Shown here piece by piece: positions 1 through 14,688 of a stretch of DNA of 64,000 nucleotides. Every line of letters starts with the position of its first letter. Within the stretch, counting starts at the first letter, position 1. The stretch spans positions 78,926,001 to 78,990,000 of the forward strand of contig OX597824.1 in the NCBI GenBank assembly GCA_951406725.2. Direction: 5' to 3'. The DNA is from Octopus vulgaris (taxonomy: Eukaryota). Below the pieces are notes generated by a model. That model made no database searches and was not told the origin of the DNA. It was given only the letters and a program-made list of their open reading frames with translations. The position numbers and the translations under genes were made by a program.

Positions 1-47
1 AATCTAAATCGTAGGAGACAGACACACAACTTCACTTTTATATATAA

Positions 48-102
<55 letters not shown>

Positions 103-1614
103 AAAATAATAAATAAGGGGGAAAAATTGAATATTAATTTGATTAATATTAATTTAAAACCAGTGGTCTAGCATATTGAAAAATCTGAAGATTCAAAAAA
201 ATTATATTACATGCATATAAGAGGGATGACCACTAAGTGAACATCCATTATACTAGAAGTAGACCACCTATGGTCTTACCACTAAGAAAGGATTGTTCTC
301 AAGAAAATGTTAGCGTTTGCTAAATTAGCTAAATTAGCACGCTGCATAAAATGCTTCTGCCTTTATGCTTTGAGTTCAAATTCTGCCGAGGTCGATATTG
401 CCTTTCATTCTCTCTGAGTCGATAAAATTAGTACCACTATAATAGTGAGATGGATGTGATCGACTAACCTCTCCTACATAATTCCAGGCCTTGTGCCAAT
501 AATGGAAAGGATAGCTATCAAAACTACCGGCTGGGCATGCGCAGAATTGGACCGTAAAGTGCAGAGATTGGTTGAAATTTTGCAGTCAACACATGTGTAC
601 AAACGCACTGATGTCAATTTTATTCTCTTTTCTTATAGTGAAATTTTTGTCACTTACATAAGAAACGCGCGCAATTTCTTTGTGTCTGTGTTTGTCACCC
701 GCCACCGCTCGATAACCGGTGTTGGTGTGTTTACGTTCCCATAACTTAACGGCTCGGCAAATAGACCGAAAGAATAAGTATCAGGCTTTAAAGAAGTACC
801 GGTGTTGATTCAGTCGATTAAAAATTCCTCAAGGTGGCGCCCCAGCATAACCGCAGTCTAATATAACACCTCCACCTCTTGCTTGGATGCCTTTAATGAA
901 ATCACCTCTGCTACAAACAAAACATGTGGAACAAGTTAGAAGATACCTTCCTTCATCTTCCTCAAGAGGCCCTCTAAAGGGACACAGGCACTACTCTGTC
1001 TCCTAACGCGGCGATATTAAAGAAAGTTATTGCTATCTTATCTTTGTTTTGTTTTTTGTTTTTCAAGTATAATGTATATGGTTAGTCCACGTTACTCCGC
1101 GAGGAGCATAAGGCCGGTTTCCTGATTTCTCTGGGTTATATATTCTTCTCACCTGAGCGGGACGCCGATCATTCGAGGATTAAATATTTTTTATCAGCTG
1201 GGTGGGCTGGATCAATATGAAACGAAGTGTTTTGCTCAAAAACACAACGCATTGCCCGGTCCGGGAATCGAAACCGCAATCTTACAATCATAAGTCCGAC
1301 ACCTTAACCACTCAGTCATGCGCTTCCAAACTAGTGTATATAGGATTACAATATCTAATGTGTTCTTGGTTTTTTTAAGACAGTAGTGAGTGACTAGAAT
1401 AATACGGAATTTGGCAACTATTTCTAACAGATGGTGTGTCCACGCAGTGGCTCTCTCTTTGGCGCAAAATGTTGAAGATTTTCGAAATAGTTATTAAAAA
1501 AATATCAAAACGAGTTAAGTGAAGAACATTGCCTCGAAGGAATCATTTCTTCTAGGAAATACCCCACGAGAAAAAGAAACTTATAAACAGAATTAAAATG
1601 TCTTGGATCCCAAA

Positions 1615-1710
<96 letters not shown>

Positions 1711-1735
1711 TGATGATGATGATAATAATAATAAT

Positions 1736-1794
<59 letters not shown>

Positions 1795-2237
1795 TAATAA
1801 ATAAATAAATAAATATGTAGATAAATAAATAAATTACAGACAAATATAAATAATGGTGCATCTTTTTTTCAATGTAAACTATACATTTTCAAGCCCGTAA
1901 GATTGTTGCCAAAATCATGAAATTTTTCTTCGTATGTACGTAACGTCATTTTATTATACTCTCGAGTAAAACAAAATGAGCATAAGTAGTCTTTTTACTT
2001 TCCTCTAGTTGTCAAAACAAGCAGATATTAAACCAGACAAAGTACACACCGACACAAACAAACAAACAGACTGAAAGATACTGGATTAAGAATACAAAAA
2101 AAAAAAAAGAAAGAAAGGTAAAGTACTAGCTTTGTAAACCTAAAAAATATAGACCATTATTTTTCTGAGTTGGCTATTCACATTCCATTGTCGCTATGTT
2201 AGTATGCATGTGAGTGTGTTTGTGCGCGCGCGAGTGC

Positions 2238-2271
<34 letters not shown>

Positions 2272-2367
2272 GCGAGAGAGTGAGAGAGAGTGCGCGCGCG
2301 TGATTTTATGCAATACAGTTATTTCAATACAGCTATACGTGGAAAAATATAGCATACAACACCAATG

Positions 2368-2470
<103 letters not shown>

Positions 2471-2478
2471 TAATAATG

Positions 2479-2536
<58 letters not shown>

Positions 2537-2538
<2 letters not shown>

Positions 2539-3089
2539 GCCCAGATGCAGTACCATGCAGTGGCTCTCGTAGCTTCTTGTTTTAACTGATTGGAAGTGTT
2601 ATCATGTACATTGTTTTGTCTTGATATAAAAGATTGGCCACAGCAAATATTCTACTCAATACCAAAGATTTGCTAGTCAGTTGTTTGACCTTAACCAGTT
2701 GAGCATGTCCCTCAGTGGCTGACGATATGTGCATCTCTGATCACGGGCAGAAATAGTGGGGGAATATTAGAGCCATGTGTTGAGAGGGATTCTTTGGGAT
2801 TTGAATAATTCACGTCTGGAAATATGGGTGTTTCGTTCAACATCCTTAAACAACCCTTATTCAGGGACCTTTTGAGCGGGATGGGTTACTCGACCGGAAG
2901 AAAATTCTTACTGGGCCCCACCTGCAAGGTCATGTGCTGTTTGTTTTGATATGAGATCACCATGTCGCGCACACATGGTCATGATGCATGTGCCTGGTGT
3001 ACCCTTATCAGACGGGTAGTCATGATGGGTATACAAGGCTTCGTATATTATACTCCAGTGTCACTTTGATGGCATGCACTGCTCTCTCA

Positions 3090-3090
<1 letters not shown>
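2537..3090 (+). mobile_element. ~550-bp non-coding repeat flanked on both sides by (TAA)n
   Basis: A partial second copy at 49586-49702 also starts right after (TAA)n. No ORF or tRNA head seen. Confidence 0.65.
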
Positions 3091-3147
<57 letters not shown>

Positions 3148-3698
3148 TAATAATAATCTACTGGAAGCACAAGGCCTCCAATTTGGGGGATTACATCGAC
3201 TCCAGTGCACAACTGATACTTATTTAATCGACTAATCGACCCCGAAAGGATGAAAGTCAAAGTCGACCACGACGGAATATGAACTCAGAACGTAAAAGCA
3301 GACGAAATACCGCTAAACATTTAGCCCGGCGTGCTAACGTTGCTCCCAGCTCGCCGCCTTATAACAGGCAGAATATTGTTGTTTGGGTCAGACAAGGAAA
3401 ATATGTATCGTCATAGAGGTCAGCTGTCCTGCTGATGAAAATATCTCTGAAAATGAAAGTGAAAACGGATAGCTCTCTTTTACTCCTTTTACTCTTTTAC
3501 TTGTTTCAGTCATTTGACTGTGGCCATGCCGGAGCACCGCCTTTAGTCGAGCAAATCGACCTCAGGACTTATTCTTTGTAAGCCTAGTACTTATTCCATC
3601 GGTCTCTTTTGCCGAACCGCTAAGTTACGAGGACGTAAACACACCAGCATCGGTTGTCAAGCGATGTTGGGGGGACAAACACAGACATACAAGCATAC

Positions 3699-3745
<47 letters not shown>

Positions 3746-4433
3746 CATACATATATACGACGGGCTTCTTTCAGTTTCCGTCTATCAAATCCACTCCCAA
3801 AGCTTTGGTTGGCCCGAAGCTATGGTAGAAGACACTTACCGAAGTTGCCACGCAGTGGGAATGGACAACTGCTTCGAAACTTCCGGTTGCTATATCTGGA
3901 TTTCAAATTTGTATTCATAGTAACTGATATATTTATAGTAACTGATGCACTTGGTTTTGTGAGTAAATGCCTAAGAGATAATCTGGATAAGCTAGTGTTT
4001 TCAGAAAAAGATATCAACCAAGTAACTCGTACAATACAAATACAATCTGTAAGCGGAACAGTAAAGGCATAGAGCTGGCAGAATCGTTAGCACGTTGGAC
4101 GAAATGTTTAGCAGTATTTCGCCCATCATTACTTTCTGAGTTCAAGTTCCGCGAGGTCGACTTTTCCTTTCATCATTTCGGGGTCGATGAAATAAGTACC
4201 ACTTACGCACTGGGGTCGATGAAATCGACTATCCTCTTCTTCCAAATTTCGGGCCTTATGCTTATAGTAGAAAAGGAAAATGTAAGTAGAACAGTGGTAA
4301 TATGCAAGACTTTTCGCAAGTTTAAGATCTGACATTGTTTTCGTTATCAACAATTCCTTCCTCAGAGGAAGAATTTGAATAATAGAAAACAGAAGAAAAC
4401 ATACATACATATATACATACAGACAGACAGACA

Positions 4434-4482
<49 letters not shown>

Positions 4483-4743
4483 CAGGCAGCCGCTCCTACC
4501 AAAATTCTTACTATAAATTCTTTCTATGACCTTAAACGATACTAAGCCCAACCACACGCATAGATAAACAGCCACAACCACACACACACACACACACTCA
4601 CACACATACACACACGTACTATCATTACACACACGCACGCACATGCCCACATAAACACACATACCTCCTTCTCTTGCACCCTCCTGTCTTTGAAAGAACT
4701 TTTTCTTCACCCATTCCCTTTCGGTCATTTCAATATGTGACCG

Positions 4744-4940
4744 CGTGTGTATCGTTGGCGAGTTTCTTTCTCCGTCTTCCCTTCCTTGGATCTTTCCTTT
4801 TTCTATGTTTCTGACGATGAGCTCCGCTCGAAACGTTAAACCCTTCTTCTTTCTTTCCTTTCCTGAGCGTCCAATAATACTATACTTGCTCCACGTCCTC
4901 GCGTTGTTGTGTTTTCTCTTTATTCATGTTTGGATTAACC
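4744..4940 (+). mobile_element. ~200-bp HHR-bearing cassette (probable PLE 3' end / retrozyme-like); HHR at 4807-4841
   Basis: gttt-CTGACGA-T-GAGC-tcc-GCTC-GAAAC-GTT-aaac, a canonical core. Ends at a (TACA)n tract. Homologues at 35547, 42240, 42797 and 44085. Confidence 0.8.
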
Positions 4941-5085
4941 ATACATACATACATACATGCATACATACATACATACATACATACATACATACATACATAC
5001 ATACATACATACATACAAACATACAAACATACATACATACATACATACATACACACATACATACATACATACATACATACATACA

Positions 5086-5117
<32 letters not shown>

Positions 5118-5487
5118 AGCATACATACGTACATATAAACATGCATACATATAAACATACATACATACATACATACATACATACATAGATACATACATAC
5201 ATACATACATACATACATACATACATACATACATACATAGATACATACATAAATACATACATACATACATATAAACATACATACATACATACATACACAC
5301 ATACATACATACACACATACATACATACATACATACATTCATACATACATAGATACATACATAAATACATACATACATACATATAAACATACATACATAC
5401 ATACATACACACATACATACATACACACATACATACATACACACATACATACATACATACATACATACATACATACATACATACATA
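4940..5487. repeat. (TACA)n microsatellite with variant units
   Basis: Direct reading. Confidence 0.97.
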
Positions 5488-5730
5488 CCAACCCGTCTGG
5501 AGCAAAATATGGCTGAATTTGGAATCTTGAGGAAAGAATGCAAATCTTTTATTCATGTTCTAGAAATGATCACGATATCTGGAACCCAAAAAAACTTGCA
5601 AGACTTCTTAAGGTTTAACGGATGATGGTTAAAAGAAGATACTTTCCTTCGCAACTTTGCTTCCATGTCGATGGCCTGTCAAAATTTACTCTGGAATTAA
5701 AAAGAGATATGGGAAGAACACGTGTGTGTG

Positions 5731-5792
<62 letters not shown>

Positions 5793-6347
5793 ACAGTGTT
5801 ACCTTATATATATATATATAAGGCGAGCTGGCAGAAACGTTAGCACGCCGACCGAAATGCTTAGCAGTATTTCGTCTGCCGCTACGTTCTGAGTTCAAAT
5901 TCCGCCGAGGTTGACTTTGCCTTTCGTCCTTTCGAAGTCGATAAATTAAGTACCAGTTACGCAGTTGGGTCGATATAATCGACTTAATCCGTTTGTCTGT
6001 CCTTGTTCGTTCCCACTGTGTTACCTTTTTAAAGGCGACAGTTGGTTATGAATTTTGGGTGATTTGGCTGTTATTTCTAACATATGTCTAGTAACCACAC
6101 ACACACACGCTCCCTTCTATTTACTATGCCTGTTAATACACTTCATTTTTGGTAAGTCTCAATTAATCTACCATGTAACCTGTAATCGCCAGAGATGCCC
6201 AACAATGGAACCTCTACACGGCCGTTGAACCAGCTAGGTAAGAGAGAGAGGGGGGAGGGAGAGAGAGACACACAGAGACAGGGAGAGAGAGAGAGAGAGA
6301 GAGACAGAGAGAGAGACAGACAGACAGAGAGGGACACACACAGAGAG

Positions 6348-6378
<31 letters not shown>

Positions 6379-6495
6379 CTAAAGAGTGGTTCTTTTCTAC
6401 TATAGTTCGCTACCGTGCGCACACACTGATATATAAAGATATACATATATACACAAACACACACAGATATTAGAGATAGATAGATAGATAGATAG

Positions 6496-6549
<54 letters not shown>

Positions 6550-6572
6550 ATATACATACCCATACATACACC

Positions 6573-6621
<49 letters not shown>

Positions 6622-6681
6622 TATATACATATATATACACATATATATACATATATATACACATATATATACATATATATA

Positions 6682-6753
<72 letters not shown>

Positions 6754-6879
6754 TGTGTCTGTGCGTATGTGGGGGTGGCTGTGAGTGTGTCTTAAACATC
6801 TTGTAATACTTCATGGCATCCGTCCAGTTTATCAAATATTTACTGTCTGTCTGTCTCATGTTTGAAGGTTATACATACT

Positions 6880-6922
<43 letters not shown>

Positions 6923-7332
6923 ACACACACTCACACATTCATATTGCCATATGCACACACACACATACACAAACACATATATAGATAGATGCGTATAAAC
7001 TATATGTCTACATGCATACACAGACGCTCATACACGCACTTACATATATACACACACATATACATACATATTCAGAAATGTGTATGCCAATTACACATTC
7101 CAAAGTCTTGAAGGAAGATTAATAACTATAAAACTCCAAAATGAAGACTTTGACCGAGAAACTCATTTACCGAAAACGTCTACATCAACGAGCCGTCATT
7201 AATCACCGGTATATCTCGAACCCGCGACCTGTGTAACGAAGGATGAATTTTAAAATATCTCATTCTCAAGACGATCTTATATCAGTTTGTCATAAGATCC
7301 AAGAAAACTGCTTTTGATGATTACGCACCATA

Positions 7333-7865
7333 AGGCGGGCGAGCTGGCAGAAACGTTAGCACGCCGACCGAAATGCTTAGCAAGTATTTCGTCTGCCGCT
7401 ACGTTCTGAGTTCAAATTCCGCCGAGGTCGACTTTGCCTTTCGTCCTTTCGGGGTCGATAAATTAAGTACCAGTTACGCAGTTGGGTCGATATAATCGAC
7501 TTAATCCGTTTGTCTGTCCTTGTTCGTCCCCACTGTGTTTAGCCCCTTGTGGGTAGTAAAGAAATAGGTATTTCGTCTGCTGTTACGTTCTGAGTTTAAA
7601 TTCCGCCGAGGTTGACTTTGCCTTTCGTCCTTTCGGGATCGATAAATTAAGTACCAGTTACACACTGGGGTCGATATAATCGACTTAATCCGTTTGTCTG
7701 TCCTTGTTCGTCCCCACTGTGTTTAGCTCCTTGTGGGTAGTAAAGAAATAGGTATTTCGTCTGCCGCTACGTTCTGAGTTGCAATTCCGCCGAGGTCGAC
7801 TTTGCCTTTCATCCTTTCGGGGTCGATTAAATAAGTACCAGTTATGCACCGGGTCGATATAATCT
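7333..7865 (+). mobile_element. SINE family A: one head plus tandem ~183-bp bodies
   Basis: A-box-like gagctggcagaa and B-box gagttcaaattcc. The body repeats at aaagaaata|ggtatttcgtc junctions (~7568, 7751). Confidence 0.9.
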
Positions 7866-8408
7866 GCCTTAACGAAAGCCATAATAATAAAGTAGTTATC
7901 GGTACCCAACTAATATGGTAGTTTAAGTTAAAAAATTTGTAAGTTTACAAAGTTTTGGGATTCTTTTAAAATTTGAAATTTCAACTGTTAGCATATAACA
8001 AATCTTCATCCAGACCTGATCGAAATTCTAGGTGTTCAAGAACCAAACGAAGGGCAGATTTCCAATTCCGGTATCATCCTGATTCGAAAATGGTATGTCG
8101 ATGTAGAGCAAATGTAGACAGGGATTCAGGGATCCCAGACGAGCAGACAGACAGAATTTCGCGTTTATTATTACAGATCTACAGAGAGATAATAGTTGGA
8201 TTCTTGGACAAGATGTTGATGTTCTACAGAAGATTTCGGTGTTGTTTATTAAAACGTCTGTGGAAGGCAAGATTTGGTTCATGGTAACGCTAACAAACTT
8301 TTCAGACCAAAACCCTATAGACCAACGACGGTCACACGGCGGCTCTCCAAGCTACAATGTGCGGCTTCAAGATCTTACCGACCGTATCTTAAAGTATTAA
8401 TTGCAAAA

Positions 8409-8799
8409 GGAGGGAGGAAGCACTCCGTCGGTTACGACGACGAGGGTTCCGATTGATCCGATCAACGGAACAGCCTGCTTGTGAATTTAACGTGTAAGTG
8501 GCTGAGCACTCCACAGACACGTGTACCCTTAACGTAGTCCTCGGGGATATTCAGCGTGACACAGAGAGTGACAAGGCCGGCCCTTTGAAATACAGGGTAC
8601 AACAGAAACAGGAAGTAAGAGTGAGAGAAAGTTGTGGTGAAAGAGTACAGCAGGGATCACCACCATCCCCTGCCGGAGCCTCGTGGAGCTTTAGGTGTTT
8701 TCGCTCAATAAACACTGACAACGCCCGGTCTGGGAGTCGAAACCGCGATCCTACGACCGCGAGTCCGCTGCCCTAACCACTGGGCCATTGCGCCTCCAC
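8409..8799 (-). mobile_element. SINE family C with 11-bp TSD
   Basis: tRNA-like head tggcccagtggttag..gtttcgactccc. TSD taattgcaaaa at 8398-8408 and 8800-8810. Confidence 0.92.
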
Positions 8800-9358
8800 T
8801 AATTGCAAAAAAGGTAAGAGTCTGTAAAAGCCTTCAACAAACAAAAATTTATCTATCTACTTTAGAAATTATTATTATAGTCTTTATGATTTACATGTGT
8901 TACCACTGCACAGATTACGGGCAGTTGCAGATGCAAGTTGGCACGATTTTCTGTGCAGCTGCATTGTAAAATGAAGGGAAATAAATTTCGGGGACGAACA
9001 AATCTATATCGTTATAATTATTGCTAATATATACTCCAGAAAATATTAGTATCCAGTGAAGCGAACATGGCATTACAAATCAGAAGAATTTACAGACTGG
9101 CCGGCAAATAATAGTAATCATAGACGTTAAATACTGATCGATGTGGTTAGCTGTTACCTGGAGCATAACTGAGAGCTACCACGGTGTCCGCGCGGATAAT
9201 ATATCCCTGCAAACTCACATATATAAATATGTAAATATGTGTGTGTTCTTCGTGGCAGTGCACCAGCATGGCTGCAGTCAAATGACTGAAACAAGTAAAA
9301 GAATATATATATATTCTTTTATTCTTTTACTTGTTTATATATATATATATACACATAC

Positions 9359-9393
<35 letters not shown>

Positions 9394-9402
9394 ATACACA
9401 TG

Positions 9403-9464
<62 letters not shown>

Positions 9465-9567
9465 CATACATACATACATACATACATACATACATACATA
9501 CACACATATATATATATACATACATACATACATACATACATACATACATACATACATAGATGCATAT

Positions 9568-9638
<71 letters not shown>

Positions 9639-10111
9639 TGATAAGAAATATAAAGAATTTTTATATGCAACAATAAAAATCGGTGAGCCAGAAGTAATAT
9701 GACCTCAGGCTGTAGCCTGCTGATTCGTGGATAAATTCTATGTCAGCCCCGAGTGAACCACCGTAAGATCATATGAAGTCTAAATGTGTCCAACGCATCT
9801 TCATTTTTTCTTCCGACTCCATGTATCACGGACTCTTTATAGTAACTATCGTTCTTTCTTTATTCTTTAATTGCGAAATAAAATTCCGTGCTTATTCCAG
9901 TAATGATGTTCAAAATAGCTATCAAGAAATAGAACTGGTATTTTCTGCAAGTCACATTTCTTCTATAAACTTGACATATTTCAAGGAAAAATACTTTTGA
10001 ATATGACATTCCCCAACAAAAGACAGACTGGTATATAAATCTGCTATCCACAGTTAACAGTAATGAGATTTGGGGTGGATATATCTAAATTCCATAGTAA
10101 AAAGTTTAAGA

Positions 10112-10605
10112 TCTATTTCTTTACTACCTACAAGGGGCTAAACACAGAGGAGACAAACAAGGACAGATAAACGGATTAAGTTGATTATATCGACTCCCAG
10201 TGCGTAACTGGTACTTATTTAATCGATCCCCGAAAGGATGAAAGGCAAAGTCGACCTTCGGCGGAATTTGCACTCAGAACGTAACGACAGACGAAATACC
10301 TATTTCTTTTGTCTCCCGACCTGACTACTTTACTACCCTCAAGGGGCTAAACACAGAGGAGACAAACAAGGACAGACAAAGAGATTAAGTCGATTACATC
10401 GACCCCAGTGCGTAACTGGTACTTAATTTATCGACCCCGAAAGGATGAAAGGCAAAGTCGACCTCGGCGGAATTTGAACTCAGAACGTAGCGGCAGACGA
10501 AATACCTATTTCTTTACTACCCTCAAGCTAAACACAGAGGAGACAAACAAGCGGCAGACAAACAAGGGCAGACGAAATGCTAACGCTGGCGTGCTAACGT
10601 TTCTG
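10112..10605 (-). mobile_element. SINE family A concatemer (partly scrambled)
   Basis: Same body and same junction, on the minus strand. Confidence 0.85.
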
Positions 10606-11171
10606 CAGACCGACCGAAAGAGTGTCGTCCGAGGGAGAGAGGCATTGGCTGTTATTTCTAGCAGATCGAGCCAACAGAACACAGAGGTTCCATGTTTTAT
10701 ACTGGCGGCATCTGTACGGAATGTAATGGAAACCTGGCGCATACGAGGTACGACTTACGGCGCCTTCAATGATAAACAACAACAACAACAACCGGTAAAA
10801 CAACTGATAAAACAACAGCTGCCTCCTAATCTCCCTCCTCCTCCACACCAACATCATCATCATCAACAACAACAACAACAACAACAAGAGCAGCAGCAGC
10901 AGTATCATCATCATTGTTATCATCAGTAGTATTCACTGTTATTTATATTTTCAGTTGCTTCCGCAAAATCAAAGAGGAAGAAAAACAACAAAAGAGAACA
11001 AACTTCGTGAATCATACGTTGAGTTTCATTTGCTTCTTTCCTTTGTTTTCTATGTACAGATTTGCGCGTGCGCGCGTGTGTATGTGTACGCGCGTCTATT
11101 TGTGCGCGAGCATGTGTTTATGCATGTATGTATGTATATATGTATATATTTCATATATATATATATGTGCT

Positions 11172-11353
11172 AAGTTTACGATAAAAACAAAAACAAAAGA
11201 CGAAGACAGGTGGTGTACAAAACAAACAGATGTATTAGTATAACGCTCAGGAATAGAAAAAAGTCTTTTACGTTTCGAGCCTACGCTCTTCTACAGAAAG
11301 GGACAGAAAAAAACAAGGAGAGAAAAAAAAATGTGTGTAGTGGCTAACGATCT

Positions 11354-11357
<4 letters not shown>
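11172..11357 (-). mobile_element. 5'-truncated PLE 3' end related to the full-length element; HHR-like motif at 11265-11300
   Basis: Aligns by eye to 25235-25435. Motif cttt-CTGTAGA-A-GAGC-gtag-GCTC-GAAAC-GTA-aaag. Lies between (TA)n tracts. Confidence 0.8.
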
Positions 11358-11405
<48 letters not shown>

Positions 11406-11469
11406 CATATATATATACATACATACATACACACACACACACAAACACATACACACACACTCACACACA

Positions 11470-11880
11470 CGTAGGAGTGGCTGTGTGGTAAGTAGCTTGC
11501 TTACAAACCACATGGGTCCGAGTTCAGTCCCACTGCGTGACACCTTGGGCAAGTGTCTTCTACTATAGCCTCGAGCCGACCAAAGCCTTGTGAGTGGATT
11601 TGGTTGACGGAAACTGAAAGAAGCCTGTTGTATATATGCACATATATATGTATGTGTATGTATATGTTTGTGTGTCTGTGTTTGTCCTCCCAACATCGCT
11701 TTACAACCGATGCTGGTGTGTTTACGTCCCTGTAACTTAGCGGTTCGGCAAAGCGACCGGTAGAATAAGTACTAGGCTTACAAAGAATAAGTCTTGGGGT
11801 CGATTTGCTCGACTAAAGGCGGTGCTCCAGCATGGCCACAGTCAAATGACTGAAACAAGTAAAAGAGTAAAAGAGTAAAG
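11470..11880 (+). mobile_element. SINE family B (CORE-like, internal microsatellite). Other copies: 3478-3860(-), 19992-20399(-), 24803-25212(-), 36810-36968(-), 39011-39342(+), 41015-41215(+), 59016-59489(+), 59940-60380(+), 61495-61640(-)
   Basis: tRNA-like head tggctgtgtggtaag..gttcagtccc, CORE-like caccttgggcaagt, and tail ggcggtgctccagcatggcc..cagtcaaatgactgaaac(aagtaaaag)n. Confidence 0.88.
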
Positions 11881-12411
11881 CGTATATATAAGCGTGTATG
11901 TATATGTATGTATATGAATACATGTTTTATCTATCTATCTAAACATAAGTGAATTCGTCCATCCGTATAAACAAGTTTTTTTCATTCATGTAGAATTCAA
12001 CAACGGTTGTTGCTGCTGTTACTGCTTTCATTATTATTATTATTATTATTATTATTGTTATTATTATTATTATTATTATCATTATTATTATTATTATTAT
12101 TATTATAGGGCGGAGAGCTGACAGAATCGTTAGTACGTCAGGTAAAATGCTTAGAGGTATATCGTCCGTTTTTACGTTCTGAGTTCAAAGTCCGCCGAGG
12201 TCGATTTTGCCTGTCATCCTTTCAGGGTTGATTAAACAAATACCAGTTGCCTATTGGGGTCGATATAATCGACTAACCGCTCCAGCACCTGACCCCCCCC
12301 CGAAAAAATTTCAGGTGCTGTGCCTTCAGGAGAAAGGATTATTATTATTATTAAAAGGCGGCAAGCTGGCAGAATCGTTAGCACGCCAGGTGAAATGCTT
12401 TACGGCATTTA

Positions 12412-12471
<60 letters not shown>

Positions 12472-12491
12472 GTAGTAGTAGTAGTAGTAGT

Positions 12492-13470
12492 TATTTTCGA
12501 GCATACACAGACGTTCGCTCAGATGCATATCCAGGAGGCGGTGACATTTAAGTAAAGCAGTGATTTGGAGTAGAGTGATGTAAGGATGAAAGAAAGATAG
12601 AGAGGAGAGAAGTGGTGCGAATAGATTATGAGGTAAATGAAAAGGGAGCGAAAAATATTAAGGACAATCTTAATACAGGGAGCAGAGAAGAGAGAACTCT
12701 GGAACTAAACATGATGTGGCACGCAGAACAAAAAGAAACTGTGAAGTATATTCATAACTTGTGGAGCAAAAGTACCCAGGCTAAAGATGAGTTGCTCTTC
12801 TTTGTGTTTACTCGTTGCATTTTAGTGATAGTGTCAGAAAATACGACAAACTGAGAAATAGTCAGAAGAGTCGTCGGGCGACTCAAAGTAGCATTCGCTC
12901 AATATCCACATGACCGGTGTTTAGGGGGTACATGTTGCTAAGCGAGTAGAGAATGAATATGGCATCGAAAAAGTTCATTATGGTGGTAGATGTTTGTTTA
13001 AAAGATTTAAATGTGCTGAACGAAGACTTTTCTTCCCGACAGCACACTGATCAGCTTCTTCAAGTTTTCATTTGGAGAGTGAGATAAGTGTAAGGAGAGA
13101 ACGCTTACCCTCATGAAAGGTGCTTGAGAAAGTATCTAATTTAGCGAGCATAAAGGGGTTGATTTAGCCGTTTCACTTATAATACAGAATCTGCTCTGTT
13201 GTGAGATTAAATTGACGGTTTAGATATTCTCTCCTTCACTTCTCAGTATGTACTGACCCTCGAGTCCCCACCACTGAAACTAAAGGTGCTGAGAAGCGTT
13301 TCATACCATCTGACATCATTATGGTAACGTTGTCTGCACATACCGTGTTCGGCAAAAGAGACCGATAGAATAAGCACTAGGCTTACAAAGAATAAGTCCT
13401 GGGGTCGATTTACTCGACTAAAGGCAGTGTTCCAGCCACAGTTAAATGACTGAAACAAGTAAAAAAAAAA

Positions 13471-13472
<2 letters not shown>
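12492..13472 (-). mobile_element. ~1-kb composite segment (SINE tail + degenerate PLE GIY-YIG C-terminus and 3' UTR) embedded in (TAG)n
   Basis: Inverted near-identical copy at 51138-52460, which translates to RLATCIPKH, YFESPDDSSDYFSV and EEQLIFNLGTFAPQVMN, resembling the intact PLE C-terminus. Confidence 0.7.
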
Positions 13473-13512
<40 letters not shown>

Positions 13513-13561
<49 letters not shown>

Positions 13562-13562
13562 T

Positions 13563-13596
<34 letters not shown>

Positions 13597-14099
13597 GTAT
13601 ATGCTATATTACTTATCTGGGATGTCTCAAATCTCAAAAATCTTTTTTAAGGATTCCTGCAAAATAAATGATTGCACTTTTCTTCTGGTCGACAATGAGG
13701 ATCTCAGTTCTAATATCCATTACCCCCTTGGATAGTATTTTGAGTGTTTATACCAAGTGCACCAATTACCACAGGAATAACTATTATCTAAGACTTCCAC
13801 AATTTCGTCAATTCCCTGACTAAATCCTGTTATTTCTCAATTTCTCTTTTTCAATTTCTTTCATATCCGTTCCATTGTCATACGATATTGGAAAGTCGAT
13901 GACTTTACACTGTTTGTTTCTTTTGTCCGATGTAATCATTCTTGTCTTCTTCTTTAAATAGTATGGTCAGTTTTTATAGGGAAGTCCCATAAATTCTGTA
14001 ACTCTTTTTGTCTATCATTGCCTCTGGCTCATATTAATATCACTGTTTCGCTACTTTGAAATCCACCCACTCGACTAACACCCCAATGCATATCTGCGC

Positions 14100-14149
<50 letters not shown>

Positions 14150-14150
14150 T

Positions 14151-14184
<34 letters not shown>

Positions 14185-14688
14185 GTATATGCTATATTAC
14201 TTATCTGGGATGTCTCAAATCTCAAAAATCTTTTTTAAGGATTCCTGCAAAATAAATGATTGCACTTTTCTTCTGGTCGACAATGAGGATCTCAGTTCTA
14301 ATATCCATTACCCCCTTGGATAGTATTTTGAGTGTTTATACCAAGTGCACCAATTACCACAGGAATAACTATTATCTAAGACTTCCACAATTTCGTCAAT
14401 TCCCTGACTAAATCCTGTTATTTCTCAATTTCTCTTTTTCAATTTCTTTCATATCCGTTCCATTGTCATACGATATTGGAAAGTCGATGACTTTACACTG
14501 TTTGTTTCTTTTGTCCGATGTAATCATTCTTGTCTTCTTCTTTAAATAGTATGGTCAGTTTTTATAGGGAAGTCCCATAAATTCTGTAACTCTTTTTGTC
14601 TATCATTGCCTCTGGCTCATATTAATATCACTGTTTCGCTACTTTGAAATCCACCCACTCGACTAACACCCCAATGCATATCTGCGCG
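13513..14688 (+). repeat. 588-bp tandem duplication
   Basis: 13596-14100 equals 14184-14688, and the upstream (TAG)n carries the same TTG interruption in both copies. Confidence 0.95.

Noticed and set aside
2714-2762. CTGACGA..GAAA match inside the TAA-flanked element
   Set aside because: No stem III/UH site and no stem I.
7333-7865. SINE heads as functional tRNA genes
   Set aside because: A/B boxes are present but there is no complete cloverleaf, and they are attached to repeated bodies; other copies of the family have TSDs.
5490-10760. Isolated exon-like segments (5560-5692 -, 6193-6237 +, 9158-9206 -, 10665-10748 +)
   Set aside because: The splice-like signals give no consistent strand, frame or recognisable protein.
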